Source of the DNA: Narcine bancroftii
Taxonomy: Eukaryota
Assembly (NCBI RefSeq): GCF_036971445.1
Contig: NC_091469.1
Location: 68,262,001-68,326,000 of the forward strand
Length of the DNA stretch: 64,000 nucleotides
Reading direction: 5' to 3'
Within the stretch, counting starts at the first letter, position 1. Each line of letters starts with the position of its first letter. The translations under genes and the position numbers were made by a program. The notes under the pieces were generated by a model, which was given only the letters and a program-made list of their open reading frames with translations, did no database searches and was not told the origin of the DNA. Shown one piece after another: positions 1-13,688 of this stretch.

Positions 1-559
1 ATAAAGGAGCTTATGTCTTGAGCCAAATTTTTGGCTTGCCTCAAAATAATTTGATCTGCCCCTAGAGAAAATAAAAGAAAAGGTGTGCAAAAGAGTTAGG
101 AATCCACACCAGATATTATGAGCTCCTGTTTCATTTAGTGTGAATATCGGTTTAAGGGTTAGTAAGGGCTGCAACCATTCACAGCTGTGGAGAGGGGGAA
201 TAACTGAACCACACTGTGACCATTCTAATAGTCATTTTGATTGACCCATACCTGGGTTTTATAAGCAGGAGAATTGCTGCATTGGTTTGTGACCATTGTA
301 ATGGTTATTTTAATTGACCCGTTCCTGGGTTTTGGAAGCATCGTGGAAGTCACTCGTTTAATTTCCCCTATGCAAAGAAAAGGGGAGTTGTGACAACTGT
401 TCATACAAAAGGAAGAAACTCGACAAGGATTCATGAGTTTTTGGCAGTCCATCCACTCATTCTCTCTCACTTCCTTTGTGATTACATCTGTGCATCAGTT
501 TAAAAGCTTGTGTTTTGACAATGAATTTCTAAGACTGAACTCTGGAATGACTTTCTAGA

Positions 560-705
560 NNNNNNNNNNNNNNNNNNNNNNNNNNNNNNNNNNNNNNNNN
601 NNNNNNNNNNNNNNNNNNNNNNNNNNNNNNNNNNNNNNNNNNNNNNNNNNNNNNNNNNNNNNNNNNNNNNNNNNNNNNNNNNNNNNNNNNNNNNNNNNNN
701 NNNNN
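560..705. other. assembly gap (N run)
   Basis: Run of n characters. Confidence 0.99.
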
Positions 706-797
706 GTCTGATTTAACTAATGTGTTATATTATTAGTAAAACAATAACATTGCCTTGGTGAATTTCTATTGCTGCTGGTCTGCGATGTAAAAAAAAT

Positions 798-815
798 TGG
801 GGGATCGTCCGGGAT
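798..815 (+). mobile_element. tRNA-Pro primer-binding site of an LTR retrotransposon
   Basis: TGGGGGATCGTCCGGGAT is 17/18 identical to the tRNA-Pro PBS TGGGGGCTCGTCCGGGAT. It follows a degenerate LTR end (...GATGTAA) and precedes gag-like ORFs. Confidence 0.8.
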
Positions 816-1986
816 CTGACAAAAATTGGAGCTTATTGATTGATTCATTTTCAATTTGATTGGTTACAGACCTTTTTGAAAGCCAATTAAAAGGCTTGAG
901 GGTATGTGGGGAAACAGCAGCAATGGATATTGATGAGTTTTTAAAATCACTACCTCTGTGGGTTTGCAAAGGATAAAAAAGGATGAGTTGGTGGATATTG
1001 CCTAAAGGTTAGGGGTTGTTGTGATAAAACCATCTATGAAAAAGGAGGAGATCCAGAGAATTAAAAAACAAAACTTTATAGCAATGGGGAAGTTTGGAGA
1101 GGAGGAGGTAGAACAGTTTCCTGAGAGTAAATACTTTGAGGAATGGTAAATGTTGGAACAGATGAGCTAGAAAAACATAGATTTGAGGAAGCAGAGAAGC
1201 CAAGGCAGTTTGAGAGAGAGAGGGTGAAAACCAGAGTTCTACCTTCTGGTCCTAATGAGAGGTTTATGACCAGTAGGTTAGTTCCTCCATTTGATGAAGC
1301 TCAGATTGATAAATACTTCCAGCATTTTGAGGAAGTTGCTTTGAGTTTAAAAGTGGCCACAAGACCTTTGGTCGCTCGTGTTATAAATCAGGATTAAAGG
1401 GAAATCCCAGCAGGCTTACTTTGCCCTTACATTCAAAGAAGATGCTGATCTTGAGGCTATAAAGCAAGCCATGCATAAAGCTTATGAATTGGTTCCAGAA
1501 ATTTAAAGGCAAACATTCAGGAATTTGAGGAAATTGGTGAACCAGTCATATATTGATTTTGCCTATGACAAAACTGTGTGCTTTGACCAATGGTGCACAT
1601 CAAAACAAAATGATGTTTATAATAGACTGAGAGAGCTGGCATTAGTTGAGAAAATTATAAGGTGCATTCCTAATGACAAAAAAGTACATTTAGATGAAAA
1701 GAGAGTGGAAACTTGGCAGGAATCTGCTAAATTAGCAGATGAGTATACTTTAACCCACACGGTTAAGTTTATACTAGGTAGGACCTTCCAAAAGAGTAAC
1801 ATGGAATATCCAAGTAAGCTAGAAAATAAATCAGGAAGTAGAAATAAGGGTAAAGATGAAGAGAAGCAAGTAAAGGAAAAACCTTCAGGTCCCCTTTGCC
1901 ACTATTGTAAGGAACCTGATCACGTGAGAGCAAATTATTTAATGTTGAGAAAAAAGAAAGAAAAGGAGGCACTGAAAGATGCATGT
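816..1986 (+). mobile_element. degenerate Gypsy/Ty3-type LTR retrotransposon gag (SCAN-like region and zinc knuckle), frameshifted and 3'-truncated
   Basis: ORF fragments 1143-1397 (LVPPFDEAQIDKYFQHFE) and 1525-2064 (LRELALVE...LADEY...CHYCKEPDH, a decayed CCHC knuckle) lie downstream of the PBS. Confidence 0.75.
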
Positions 1987-4900
1987 ATTTTTTCACAACT
2001 TTATTTATTCGTTCAACAAGGTTATTACATACAGTTAAAAAAAAGTTCATATTGTGAACAATAAAAAATTTTATATATAAAAAAGAAGAGAAAAAAAAGA
2101 AAGAAGAACTGGCCCCTCCCCCTCTCAGACAGCTCTCTTTAGAAGAGCCAAAGAGAAAAAAAATCTAAAATATATTTACTAAAATCTAATCAAAGTAAAT
2201 TTAAATGTAAATATTCTGAATTTAAAGACCACTTATTAAGAAAAAAAGAATAATTATCATGTAAAACATACATGAATTTTTCCATTACCAAACAAGTTTT
2301 CATCTCATTATGCCATCTATTAATATCAACCACATTAGCATTTTTCCATGTACTTGCTCTACATTTTTTTGCTACAGATAAAGCTAAATATACAAAAGCA
2401 ATCTGAAATTTGTCTAATCCCAAATCTTTCAAAGGCTTCAACTTACCCAACAAAAATATTGTCGGGTCTAGAAGTATTTTGATCTTATACAAATGTTGCA
2501 AAAACAATTGAATTGCTTTCCAAAAAGATTGTATATGTACACAAAACCAAACAGCATGAAAAAAAGTTCCAACCGAATTACCACATCTAAAACAAGAGTC
2601 TGATTCACTAAAACCATTTTTTTTTTAACAATTGATGTAAAAAATTGTAATTAACCATTGCATAACAAACATTTATCAATCTACTAACACTATAATGACA
2701 AATATCTAACCAGTCATCCTCGGAAAAAGTAAATCCTTTTACCATTTAATCTTAGATCTATCCCATCCCTTTTTTTCCATACTTTCCTGTAATATTTGGT
2801 ACATCAATGAAATATATCCCTTCTTTGATACAATCACAAGAAAAGATTCAAATTTAGTCAATTTAGGTAAAATCATATCTCTACCAAATATTTGTTTTAC
2901 TAAGGATCAAAGTTGATAATAAATGAATAAAGAATTCTCATTAATACCAAAATTTTCTCTCATTTGATTAAAGGATAAAAATTTACCTTCTTTAAAACAA
3001 TCCCCCAAGTTTTTTATACCTTAGATTTCTAATGTAATAAACATTGATTACATATTGAAAAAGGAATAAGTTGATTATTATATAATGGTGTTAAAGTCAA
3101 TAATTTACCCTTAGAACCTATCGTTCTATTTTTCCTCATCCATAACTTCATTAAATGTTTTAGTATAGGCACATTATGTTGTTGTAATAAATTTAAATTC
3201 CACCGAAACAAAAAGTGATGTATTTCAAATTCAAAAATATTCGCCATCTCAATTTTAGCCCAACTAGGGGGCCATTCCAAATGCATTAATGAACTAATAA
3301 ATTTAAATTGAGCTGCCTCATAATAATTTTGAAAATGTGGTAAATGTAATCCCCCTAATGCATATTTCCAAGTTAACTTGTTCAAAGCTACTCTCAGAAA
3401 TTTACCCTTCCATAAAAATTCCCTAACCATTTTATTTAAATCTCAAAAAAAAATTCTTATTAAGTAAAACACGGAATTGACTGAAACAAATACTGTATAC
3501 ATGGAAAGATATTCATTTTAATTGTATTTATTCTTCCAATTAAATTTATAGGAAGATCCTTCCACTTAATCAAATCAGCTTTGATCTTTTTCATTAACGG
3601 TACATAATTTAATTTATATAAAGATTGATAATCAACATCCACATTTATACCCAAATATTTAATTCGATCAGTCCACTTCAAATTAATAATATTCTTATAA
3701 ACTGAATAATCTCCTTCACCTATCGGTAAAATTTCACTTTTTTTCCAGTTAACTTTATATCCAGACAAAGATCCATATTGTGTTAAAGTGTAAAAGTGAC
3801 TGAGCTGGGTTTGTTAAATACACCAGTATATCATCAGCAAATAAATTAATTTTATACTCCTCATCTAAAACTCTCATATCTTGTATCTGTGTATTTTGTC
3901 GTATCAACTGTGCTAAAGGTTCAATTACTAATGCAAACAAAGCTGGAGACAAAGGACAATTTTGTTGAGTTGAACGACAAGATCTGACCATTTGTCAATA
4001 CCCTGGCTATTGGATTATTGTATAAAGCTTTAATCCAACCAATAAAAGAAGGACCAAACTTAAATTTCTCTAAAACTTTAAATAAAAAGTTCCACTCAAC
4101 TCTATCAAAAGCTTTTTCTGCATCGAGAGATATCACCATCGGATGGTCAAGGCACTGTCAATATTTATTAATCAAACTAATCACACGAAGAATATTATCT
4201 GAAGCATATCTATTCTTTATGAAACCTGTTTGATCAACATGTATCAACTTAGATAAAAATTTAGCCAATCGATTCGCTAATATTTTAGCTATTATTTTAT
4301 AGTCTACATTTAACAAAGAAATTGGTCTATATGAAGACACCTTCAACGGATCTCTATCCTTTTTAGGAATTACAGTAATTAAGGCACTAGAACATGATTC
4401 AGATAGATCATGATGTTCATTAATCTGTCATAACACATCTCCAAACACTGTAGATAAATCATCATAAAATACTTTATAAAATTCAATCGAAAACCCGTCA
4501 TCACCAGGCGATTTTCCATTCGGCATTTCCAACATAGCCAATTTAATTTCTAAATCAGTAAAAGGAGCCTCCAGCTCCAATACGTCTTCTTCTCCTAGTA
4601 CCAGTAATTTCAACATCGATAAAAAGGAGTCAATCGATCCGCTCTCCTGTTTTTCCTCAGAAGTATATAATTTCTTATAAAATGAATAAAACTCATCATT
4701 AATCTCACGAGGTTTGTAACAGTCGAATTTCGTCTGACTGCATTAATAACCCTTGATATCTGTTCTTTCTTTAACTGCCATGCAAGTACCTTATGCCCTT
4801 TCTCACCCCATTCATAATACCGTTGTTTAGATCTATTAATCAAGCATTCAAATTGATAAGATTGCCACGTATTGTATTTCAGTTTCAATCTGGACAACTC

Positions 4901-5190
4901 TATCTTCTGATTTTCTGTCACATCTCTCTGAAATTTCTTTTCTAATTCATCAATCTGTTTCTCTAATTCAAGGCTCTCGGTCAAATAATTATTTTTAACC
5001 TTAGAGGTATAACTAATTATTTGACCTCTCAAGTAAGCTTTCATAGCATCCCACAATATAAATTTACTCTGAATGGAGTTAACATTTTCTTCCAAAAAAA
5101 AATTGATTTGTTTTTTTTTTAATTCAATAAATTCCGCTTTTTTTTAACAACGTCGTCTTGATCTCCAACGATTCTGGAGTCTGATAGAAC
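1987..5190 (-). mobile_element. L1-clade LINE, 5'-truncated, degenerate ORF2 (reverse transcriptase and C-terminal region)
   Basis: Minus-strand fragments GKSPGDDG, YRPISLLNVDYKIIAKILANRL, ISLDAEKAFDRVEW, CPLSPALF, LFADD, KYLG and GGLHLPHFQNYY. AATAAA and an A-tail lie at about 1987-2010 on the minus strand. Many frameshifts. Confidence 0.92.
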
Positions 5191-5194
5191 CGAG

Positions 5195-5570
5195 AAAAAA
5201 ACTGTCCTTGAATTAATATCGTGTGCTTTCACACTCATTCATTTTTTTTCCCAACGGGAGGAGGGAGAAGAGAATATAGTCATGGTTGGATGAGTCCATT
5301 AATTTGTTGGCTACTTTATCAAGGCCATGGGAAGAGTAGAAGGAGTTGATGGAGGGGGAAAGTTTGTGTGATGGTCTGAGCTACATTAACAACCCCTGAG
5401 AATTTCTTCCCCTCTTGGGGAAGAGATATGTACCATATTTCCTGGTACATCCTGACAGAATACTTTTGATGATCCTCACTAAAAGTTGTTGAAGACCATA
5501 GGGGACACACCAAATTTCCTCAGGCTTCCAAGGAAATAGAGGCATTGGTTCATTTACTTGGCAGCCATGT
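5195..5570 (-). mobile_element. old Rex1/Babar-like LINE fragment
   Basis: Degenerate similarity to the Rex1-like element at 12.3-13.7 kb (for example AAACTGTCCTTG...GATGGAG...ACAACCCCTG). Confidence 0.5.
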
Positions 5571-8500
5571 TAACATAGTTCTGCACCTGAGGCCAGAGTT
5601 AGGAAAATTTGTGTAAAGTCAGATTTGCTTAAGGCAGGTCTTCTGAAAAGGAAGAGCCCTGTATTAAGTTAAATGGACCTTTCATAACCAAGGCAGACTA
5701 ATTTCTATTGGGCAAGAAAATAAATGGTTATCATTAATATAGATAAATAAAACTTTGATTTGATTGAATAGCAGACAGGCTTGAGAAGCTGACAAAGTGC
5801 TCCTGATACTCATATGTTAGTGGAAGAAAAGTAAGTCCCAAACAGCATGTTCTTTCACTAATGCCTATAACTGGTGTTAAATGGGTTAGAAATACATAAA
5901 TACTGAAGGTGGATGAAAAACATTGATAAACACTGATTTAAACAATTGCCTTTTTAAATTTACTTTTCAAGACAGAGCAAAAAAAAACCCTTATCATGAT
6001 TGAATAACTTGTTGAGAAATAATGGTAAAAATTAACTCTGAATATAAAGGATTTGATTTTTAGAATCCTGATTGCAAAAATATGATAGGATGGGTATCTT
6101 GAACAACTTCCTGCCACTAATAAGCATATAAGGGAATGGATGTTATAACTAATATCTGCAAAATAATGGCCTTGACCAACATTTCCCTGCTGGAAAATGC
6201 CATTCAGTGACAATAAAGTCCGCAAGAAGACTCTTGAATTGTCTGGATTGATCCACATAGTCTGGTCTCAGGCACCTCCTCTTAATGAAGACAGTCATTA
6301 AAATAACCATCACCTTCAATGTGTCTGTGCACCCTTTGGCTATCTGAGGAAAAGTGCACTTTATATTAAAGATCTCAGATCTGACATTAAATTTATGTCT
6401 GCTCCTGACACATGGACCACTAGATCAGCCACCCCCAGGCACTAGAGAGATACCACCAATGGTTGTCTCTCCAGAATCCTCCAAATCCATGGGCAGAATA
6501 GAACAATAAATATTAGTGTCCTCTTCTGAGACAATACCCCAACAATGAGGCCCTAGTTGCACTCAGTCCATTCCAATTGTCAGTTCATGTTATTCACAGG
6601 CCCAACGCCAAAATTTTCCATTGCACTTCTCATCTGTGCCCTACAGTCAAAAGACTTAGGTGAGTCGCTCACCTAAGCCACAGGATTCATAGCTACTGAC
6701 CTACTATTGTAGTCACACTAATTATTAGGCTGGTACTATTGAATTTCTGGTTAATCATAATCATAGTCCGTCTGAATGTTAAAGGTGGGGAAAGTTGATG
6801 ATCTTAATAAATGTTGGAGCAGGCTCAGTCACTTTTGATGCTAATAATATTGGATACCAAGGGTAGGCTGATAGATGCTTGTGAGAGTGTCTATTGTATG
6901 GAAAAGTACTTACTATTGAATGTTGTCAAGCCCTTGCTGAAGAGCTGAAAGTGGGATTGAATATTGCGCATCTATTAGTAATAACTCCATTCTGGCCAAG
7001 TGGCAGAAGGAGAGTCATTAACAGGGCAGCTGAAGACTACCTGAGGAGCTACTGCTTTGAATTCCTGAAGCTGGGATGATTGACCTCTGAAAAATGCGAC
7101 CATCTTCTTTTGTGCAAGGTTTGACTCTAATCACTGGAGCATTTTCTCCTTGATGCCCATTGACTTCAGTTTTACCAGAGCTTCTTGATGTCACACACAG
7201 TCAATGCTGCCTTGATATCAAAAGCAGCAAATAGCTCCTTACTACTGGAATTTATCTTCAGTTTAATTTTTGGATAAGTGTAGTCATAAGGTCTGGAGCC
7301 AAGTGGTCCTGATGAAACACAAAATGGACATTGGAGAGCATGCTGAATGCCATCCATCACTCTGTTAATGATTGAGAGGTATCTGATTATAACAAATCAA
7401 ATTGGACTAATTTGATTTTTCTGAACAGGGCCTACTGGACTCTTTTCCACATCAGGTAAATGCCAATGTCATAAATGTATAGGAACAGTTTAGCCAGTTA
7501 CAAGGCTGGTCCACTAGTTCTGGACCAAAGGCTTCAGCATTATGATTGGGATGTGGTCTGGACCTACAGTTTTTGCTGCATTTAGAGCTCTCTGCCATTT
7601 TGTAATGTCACAGAAATTGAATTAAGTTGGCTGAAGAATGGTTTCTTGCTAGTGCGGATGTCAGTAAGAGTCCAAGATGACACTCAACACTTCTGCTTTA
7701 TCTGTAAGCTTACATGTGCTGGGGAGGGAAAGTTCATATTGGCTCCTTTTCCCAGTAGCTGAATAATTGACCAACACTATTTGCAACTGAATATATTAAG
7801 CTTGTGGAGCTTTGATCTGTTCCATTGATAGATGAATGTTTATCTCTCTCTACTATGTGCATTTAGTTGTAATCCTGTGTTGCAACTTCACCAGGTTGGC
7901 ATCTCACTTTTAGTTACGACCAGTACCGCAGCCAGCATGCCCTTCTGATTAACCCAGAGTTGTTACCCCAGATTGATAGGAATGGTCAAGTGAAGGAAGT
8001 GCTGGGCTGTGATCATACAGATTGTGATGAAGTACATTTCTTCTGCAGTTCCTCGGCATCTCATGGATACCAGGTTTGAATTTCCAAATCAGTTATGCTT
8101 CCTACTTTATAGTTTTTATCTCTGTATGTGGTATTACCAAGGGACAATTTACAAGTAATAATTTCAAGAATCTGTCTTTGAATTTATGCTCACAAAAAGA
8201 GGATGCTATGGCCATTTCCAGGTACAATGAACCATGGGCTGAAAAGAGAGGCACAGTGCTTTATTGATTTAGCTAAATATAGCCTTGCAAAAATGTTGAT
8301 AAAAATAGTCAATCAGAAGCTGGTAAAATGGTGCTTAATGGTTTTGTTAAATGTTCACTTTATCTTGACATTAAATTCTGGCAGATTCTTTTAAATTCAG
8401 AGAAATTTTATACATAAAGCTGGTTTAACTGTCTACCTGACACAAAACTCCCATAGAGAAAGAGAAAACAAAATGCAAATGTTGATCATAATAAATTGTA

Positions 8501-8810
8501 TTCACATTATTTTCCCATTAACCTGGATTTAAAATATCCTGCTTTCCTTCCTCACATTTTTTCATTGTGACATGTTTAGTGTGTGTCCTATGTTTCCAAA
8601 TCTATTATTCCCTCAGTGAGTGAATTAACTGCAGCGGAAGAAGTCTTGTCCTCAGTGGAGGCCCCATGGGGTGAATTGACCATGTATTTCCACAGGCATA
8701 GTCATAAAATGGTCTGGCAACTACTGCAGGCTGTTCAGATCCCACTTGGGCAGGTCAACTTATGATCATTACCTAGCACCAGAAGCGTTAGTGCCATGGG
8801 AATAGAAATC

Positions 8811-9007
8811 ACAAAAAGTGCTGGAGAAACTCAGCAGGTCATACAAGGAAGAAAGGCAATAAATGTTCCAGGCTGGAGCCCTTTTTCAGGAGTGCCAAAA
8901 ATCGGGCAGATGCCTGAATAAAAAGATGGGAGGAGGGGGAGAGGGAGACTGCCTTTTACTTGCTATGATTATTCCATGGCCTGCTGAGTTTCTCCAGCAC
9001 TTCTGTG
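8811..9007. repeat. inverted repeat with about 31-bp arms, Penelope-like pseudo-LTR relic
   Basis: 8811-8841 ACAAAAAGTGCTGGAGAAACTCAGCAGGTCA pairs with 8977-9007 TGGCCTGCTGAGTTTCTCCAGCACTTCTGTG. The arm resembles the end of the Penelope-like fragment at about 34030-34075. Confidence 0.65.
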
Positions 9008-9807
9008 TATTGCCTAAATTAACCTTTGAGCAAGTGCATCTGTGTAAAATGATAATAGTTGACATTTATTTTGGAAACAGACCATGCTAGTGGTCTGGTG
9101 GTTCAACAAACATTGGGAAGAAGATGAATTAATGGCATGAGGAATGAGGGCAAGTTAAAGCAGGAGCTTAAGCAAGTTGTCTATGGTGTTCACTTGTTCC
9201 CTCTGATAATTCTGAAATCTGATGAAAGGATACAGATGTTCTTGTTTAATTCCATGGGAGTAAGTGTTTCCTGCCATACTGTGACTGATAGGCATGTCTT
9301 CTATATTATATAACTGACTATTGAGTGTGAAGCTTCCCTAATGACCATTCCCTGAGATTAAATAATCCAGAATCAGTATCCCATTATAAAATGAAAATTT
9401 GATTTCTACATCCTCATGAATAACATTTATGAGAGAACTATAATATTTTAGTTCTCTGACCTTGGCAGTTTCACCCTACGAGGTTGCCACTTGCTTCATT
9501 CTGTACTGCTGGAACACATTCTTGCAAGGGGTTTTAATGCTATTTTTCTGCAGCTATTCCAATATCTCAAGCAGTCCTATGAATCAAAAGTATTCACAAC
9601 AGTTTACTGTTTAATATAAGAATGCAAGATGCCTTTTGTTCATTCTCTAATTCAGAATTTTAACAATTAAATACAGAAGAAGAATTAACACGTCAATGCA
9701 GTGGATCCAGCTGTAAGTCTAAAATGGTATCTTAACTGGAAAGATGGATGCAACACAAATCTAATTCCTTCTGGGTCTGCCAATAGTTATTGAATGATGT
9801 TAAGCTG

Positions 9808-11023
9808 TTAAGTGGAATATGAATTTGTTACAACAATATAATGTGCCTATACAAAAACATTTAATGAAGTTATGGATAAAGAAAAATAAAATGATAGATT
9901 CTAGGGGTAAATTATTGGCTTTGACTCCATTGTATAATAATCAACTTATTTCTTTTTCAATACATAATCAAAGTTTATTGCATTGGAGATTTAAAGGTGT
10001 GAAAAATTTGGGAGATTGTTTTAAAGAGGGTAAGTTTTTATCTTTTAATCAGATGAGGGAAGATTTTTGTATTGATAAGAATTCTTTATTTCTTTATTAT
10101 CAAATTCAATCTTTGGTCAAATGTATGTTTGGTAGAGATATGATTTTACCCAAAATGACTAAATTTGAGACTTTTCTTATGAAGGTACTAGAGAAGGGTT
10201 ATATTTCATCTATGTGGATAAAAGGGGTTGGGATAGATCTAAAATTAAATGGGAAGTGGATATTGGTTTTATTTTTTCTGAAGAGGATTGGTTAGATATC
10301 TGTTATGATAGTGTAACTAGACTGATAAATGCACGTTATGCAATGATTAATTACAACTTTTTACATCAATTATATTTGACACCTGAAAAATTTTAAAAAT
10401 ATGGTTTTAATGAATCAGATTTGTGTTTTAGATGTGGTGATACGGTTGGAACTTTTCTTCATGCTGTTTGGTCATGTACAATCTTTTTGGAAGAAAAGTC
10501 AATCGTTTTTAGAATATCTGTATAAGATTAAAATAGTTTTAGATCCAACAGTATTTTTATTGGGTAGTTTACAACCTCTGAAAGGCTTGGGATTAGATAA
10601 GTTCCAGATTGCTTTTGTATATTTAGCTTTATCCATAGCGAAAAAATGTATTGCTAGTATATGGAAAGATTCAAATATGATTGATATTAATAGATGGCAT
10701 AATGAGATGAAATATTGCTTAATAATGGAAAAAATTACATATCATATGAAACACATGATCATTATAATTTTTTTATTAATAAGTGGCTGATATACTTGGA
10801 ATATTTACATTTCAATTTATATTGATTAGATTTTAATATGTATACTAATTTTTTTTTAAATATTCTTTCTTTTTTCTTTTTTATGGCTCTCCTTAGGAGA
10901 GTTGGCTGAAGGGGGGGGGTTCTTTTTTATATATATACATAAAAAAGTTAATGTTCATGTTTAATTGCTGGATATGTCATATATTATTTGTTTTTTGAAC
11001 GAATAAATAAAGTTTAAAAAAAA
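9808..11023 (+). mobile_element. L1-clade LINE 3' end (same family as 1987-5190) with poly(A) and target-site duplication
   Basis: Protein fragments are near-identical to the minus-strand copy (WNMNLLQQYNVP, LGLDKFQIAFVYLALS). AATAAATAAA at 11002-11011 and an A-tail. TSD GAATGATGTTA(A/G)GCTG at 9792-9807 and 11024-11039. Confidence 0.93.
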
Positions 11024-12269
11024 GAATGATGTTAGGCTGCATTTAACCAAGTAAACAGAAAGTATCCCTCACATTTGCAACTCATAAGCATGTTTTTTTA
11101 ATTTAATTATTGGCATCAGTTGGCTTTTATTAATTTAACAAATCTTTTTATGCAAGATATAGTTCATTAAAAAATCTATTTCAAATATATTCATGCAACA
11201 CTATAAACATTTTAATTAGCTTACCCAAAGAGAACTTTTACTGAATTACTGGCAGTTAGCAATACTTTTACATTTCAATTTCTTCCAAACACTCTTCAGA
11301 TGTGACCTATGACTATAATTATCGATGGGTAAAGTTAATGCACTTGAGCTGAAAAAGGAAGGGGCAGAGAGTAATTTTCATCTACATAAATTCAGAATAA
11401 ATTAAATGAATTTTGATTTTCAGGGTAATTCTACTCATGAAAATGTAATAAATTGATTATTAAAAAGTAGTATTCACATTTTCATTTATTCAAAACATGT
11501 TCAAGAAAACAGGATTTGTAGGTTTTTTGGGCAAAATGGGTTTGTGGGTCTGAAGGACTTGTTATCTCTACATTAATTTGAAATTTAAAATAGTATGCAT
11601 AAAAATGGGAATATTGAGAGATTTCTGTGGATTGTTAATGATGACGAAATGTACTTGAGCTCAGAAAGAATGAAGCACAACATATGAAACTTGAGGACAC
11701 AACTCAGGATAGGGATTGGTTTATACAATTATACAATTGGATTATACAGGAAAACAAATGGTTACATGATCTTCCTTCCCATTTTACTTTGTCTCAAGCT
11801 ATTGATGCAACATTCTATTTATTTCCTTTGTACATCTAATTTCTGCTTAGTGCCACATCATGGTAAGTTCCATCTTCTCACCACATGCTGAATGCTTTCT
11901 TAATGTCGAGGTAGACTAAAACAGTATGAACAATTTTTGGTAATCCAATCCCAATCCATTTCCACTGTTTCTGTCAGACTTCTACCTACACCTGGACTTG
12001 TATTTCTCTCAAAACTACCTCAGTGGTCTCTTCCTCTACCGTTCTCTTATCTCTTCTTTTCTTCAGTATCCAATCACCTTTTCGCCCTTCTCCAGCCCTT
12101 CTCCCCAACCCCATTTTATGCTTAATAATTTCTCTTCCCATTCATTTCTCAAAAATTGGTCCAAATATTGTCTATATTGCTGTATGGTTGCTGTCTGATC
12201 TGATGAGCTTCCCCCAGCTTCTCATTGTTTGCTCAAGATCTTAGGATCTGTAGTTCTAAATTCTATACT

Positions 12270-13688
12270 GGATTTAGAATCGGAATTTATTATCATAAAC
12301 ATGTCATTAAATTTGTTGTTTTATGGGAGCATTACAATGCAAACATTTATATAAACCAGCTTACAAAATAAATAAAAATAGTGCAAGAAAAAGTCAGTCA
12401 GGCAATGTCTGTGGTTAATTGTTCATTCAGGAATCCGATGGTAGTTTCCCTTCTGGACTATATTTAATTTTATTTCTTTTCTCTTTGTGGTGAAGACCAG
12501 ATAATTAATTTTTATTAATAAATTCTCAGGTAAGGTTGCCCAGTTTTTTTTTTTGTTTTTTTTTTTTGTTTGTTCTTTTTATCTTAAATTAGGTGGGGGT
12601 TTTATATAATAATATTTTTCTTTTTTTCAATTTGAGATGAGAAAATATTCGTTAATTGTGGTATAATGGAATATGTTATATCATATGATGCCATATAGTG
12701 ATATTTTTCCCTTTTTGATTTTGTATTCCTATTCTCATCATGTATTGTTGACCTATAATATGATTAATAAAAAGGTTGAAAAAGGAAAGAGGAATCTGAT
12801 GGCAGTGGGGAAGAAACTGTCCTTGTGCCGTTGAGTGCTCATCTTCAGTTTCCTGAACCTTTTCCCTGATGGTAGCAGAGTAAAGAGGACATGGCCTGGG
12901 TGATGGGGGTATTTGAGGATAGAGGCTGGTTTCTTAAAACACCACCTCTTGTTGATGTCCTTGATGGAGTGAAGTCTGATGACCGCAAAGTTGCAGGCCG
13001 GGTTTACAACCCTCTGGAGTTTTTTCTTGTCCTGATTATTGGCACTTCCATACCAGACAGTACTGCAGCCAGCTCTCCATGGTACACCTGTAGAAATTTT
13101 TGAGAGTCTTCGATTATATACCAAATCTCATCAAACTCCTCACAAAGTATAGCCACTGGCGAGCCTTTTGTCTTGATTGCATCGACACAGAGGCTCCAGG
13201 ACACATCCTCGGAGATGTTGACAAGCAGGAATTTTAAGTTCTTGATCCTCTCCACTGCTGAGCTCTCGATGAGGACTGATTCATGTTCTCCTGACTTCCT
13301 CCTGAAGTCCACAATCATCTCCTTGTTAACATTGAGTGCAAGGTTGTTGGTGTGAGCTGATCTATCTCCCTCCTGTATGCTTCCTCATTGCCAATTGTGA
13401 TCCTGCTAACAACCGTGGTGTCATTGGCAAATTTGTAGATAGCATTGGAATGGTCACTAGCCAAATAGTCATGGGTGTATAATAAGTAGAACAAAGGGCT
13501 AAGTGCACATCTTGAGGGGTATTTGTGTTGATCATTAGTGAGGAGGAGATGTTTCCAATTCAAATTGACTGTGGTCTTTTGATGTCAAGGAAGTCAAGGA
13601 TCCAGGTGCAAAGGGGAGTGCAGGGCCCCAGTGTTTGGAGCTTGTTGACCAGCACTGAGGGAATAATGGTGTTGAAGGCTGAGCTGAA
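12270..13688 (-). mobile_element. Rex1/Babar-like LINE, degenerate RT and 3' region
   Basis: Minus-strand motifs [46 protein letters not shown] and HPGHVLFTLLPSGKRFR...KDSFFP. Confidence 0.85.
12445..12789 (+). mobile_element. LINE 3'UTR fragment (probably L1-type) nested in the Rex1-like element
   Basis: T-rich 345-bp insert ending in AATAAAAAGGTTGAAAAAGGAAAG. It is flanked by a 16-bp TSD: AGGAATCCGATGGTAG (12429-12444) and AGGAATCTGATGGCAG (12790-12805). Confidence 0.75.

Noticed and set aside
6450-8070. Possible very old LINE fragments (also about 26960-27640)
   Set aside because: They look like decayed CR1/L2 sequence but are too diverged to classify or delimit by eye.
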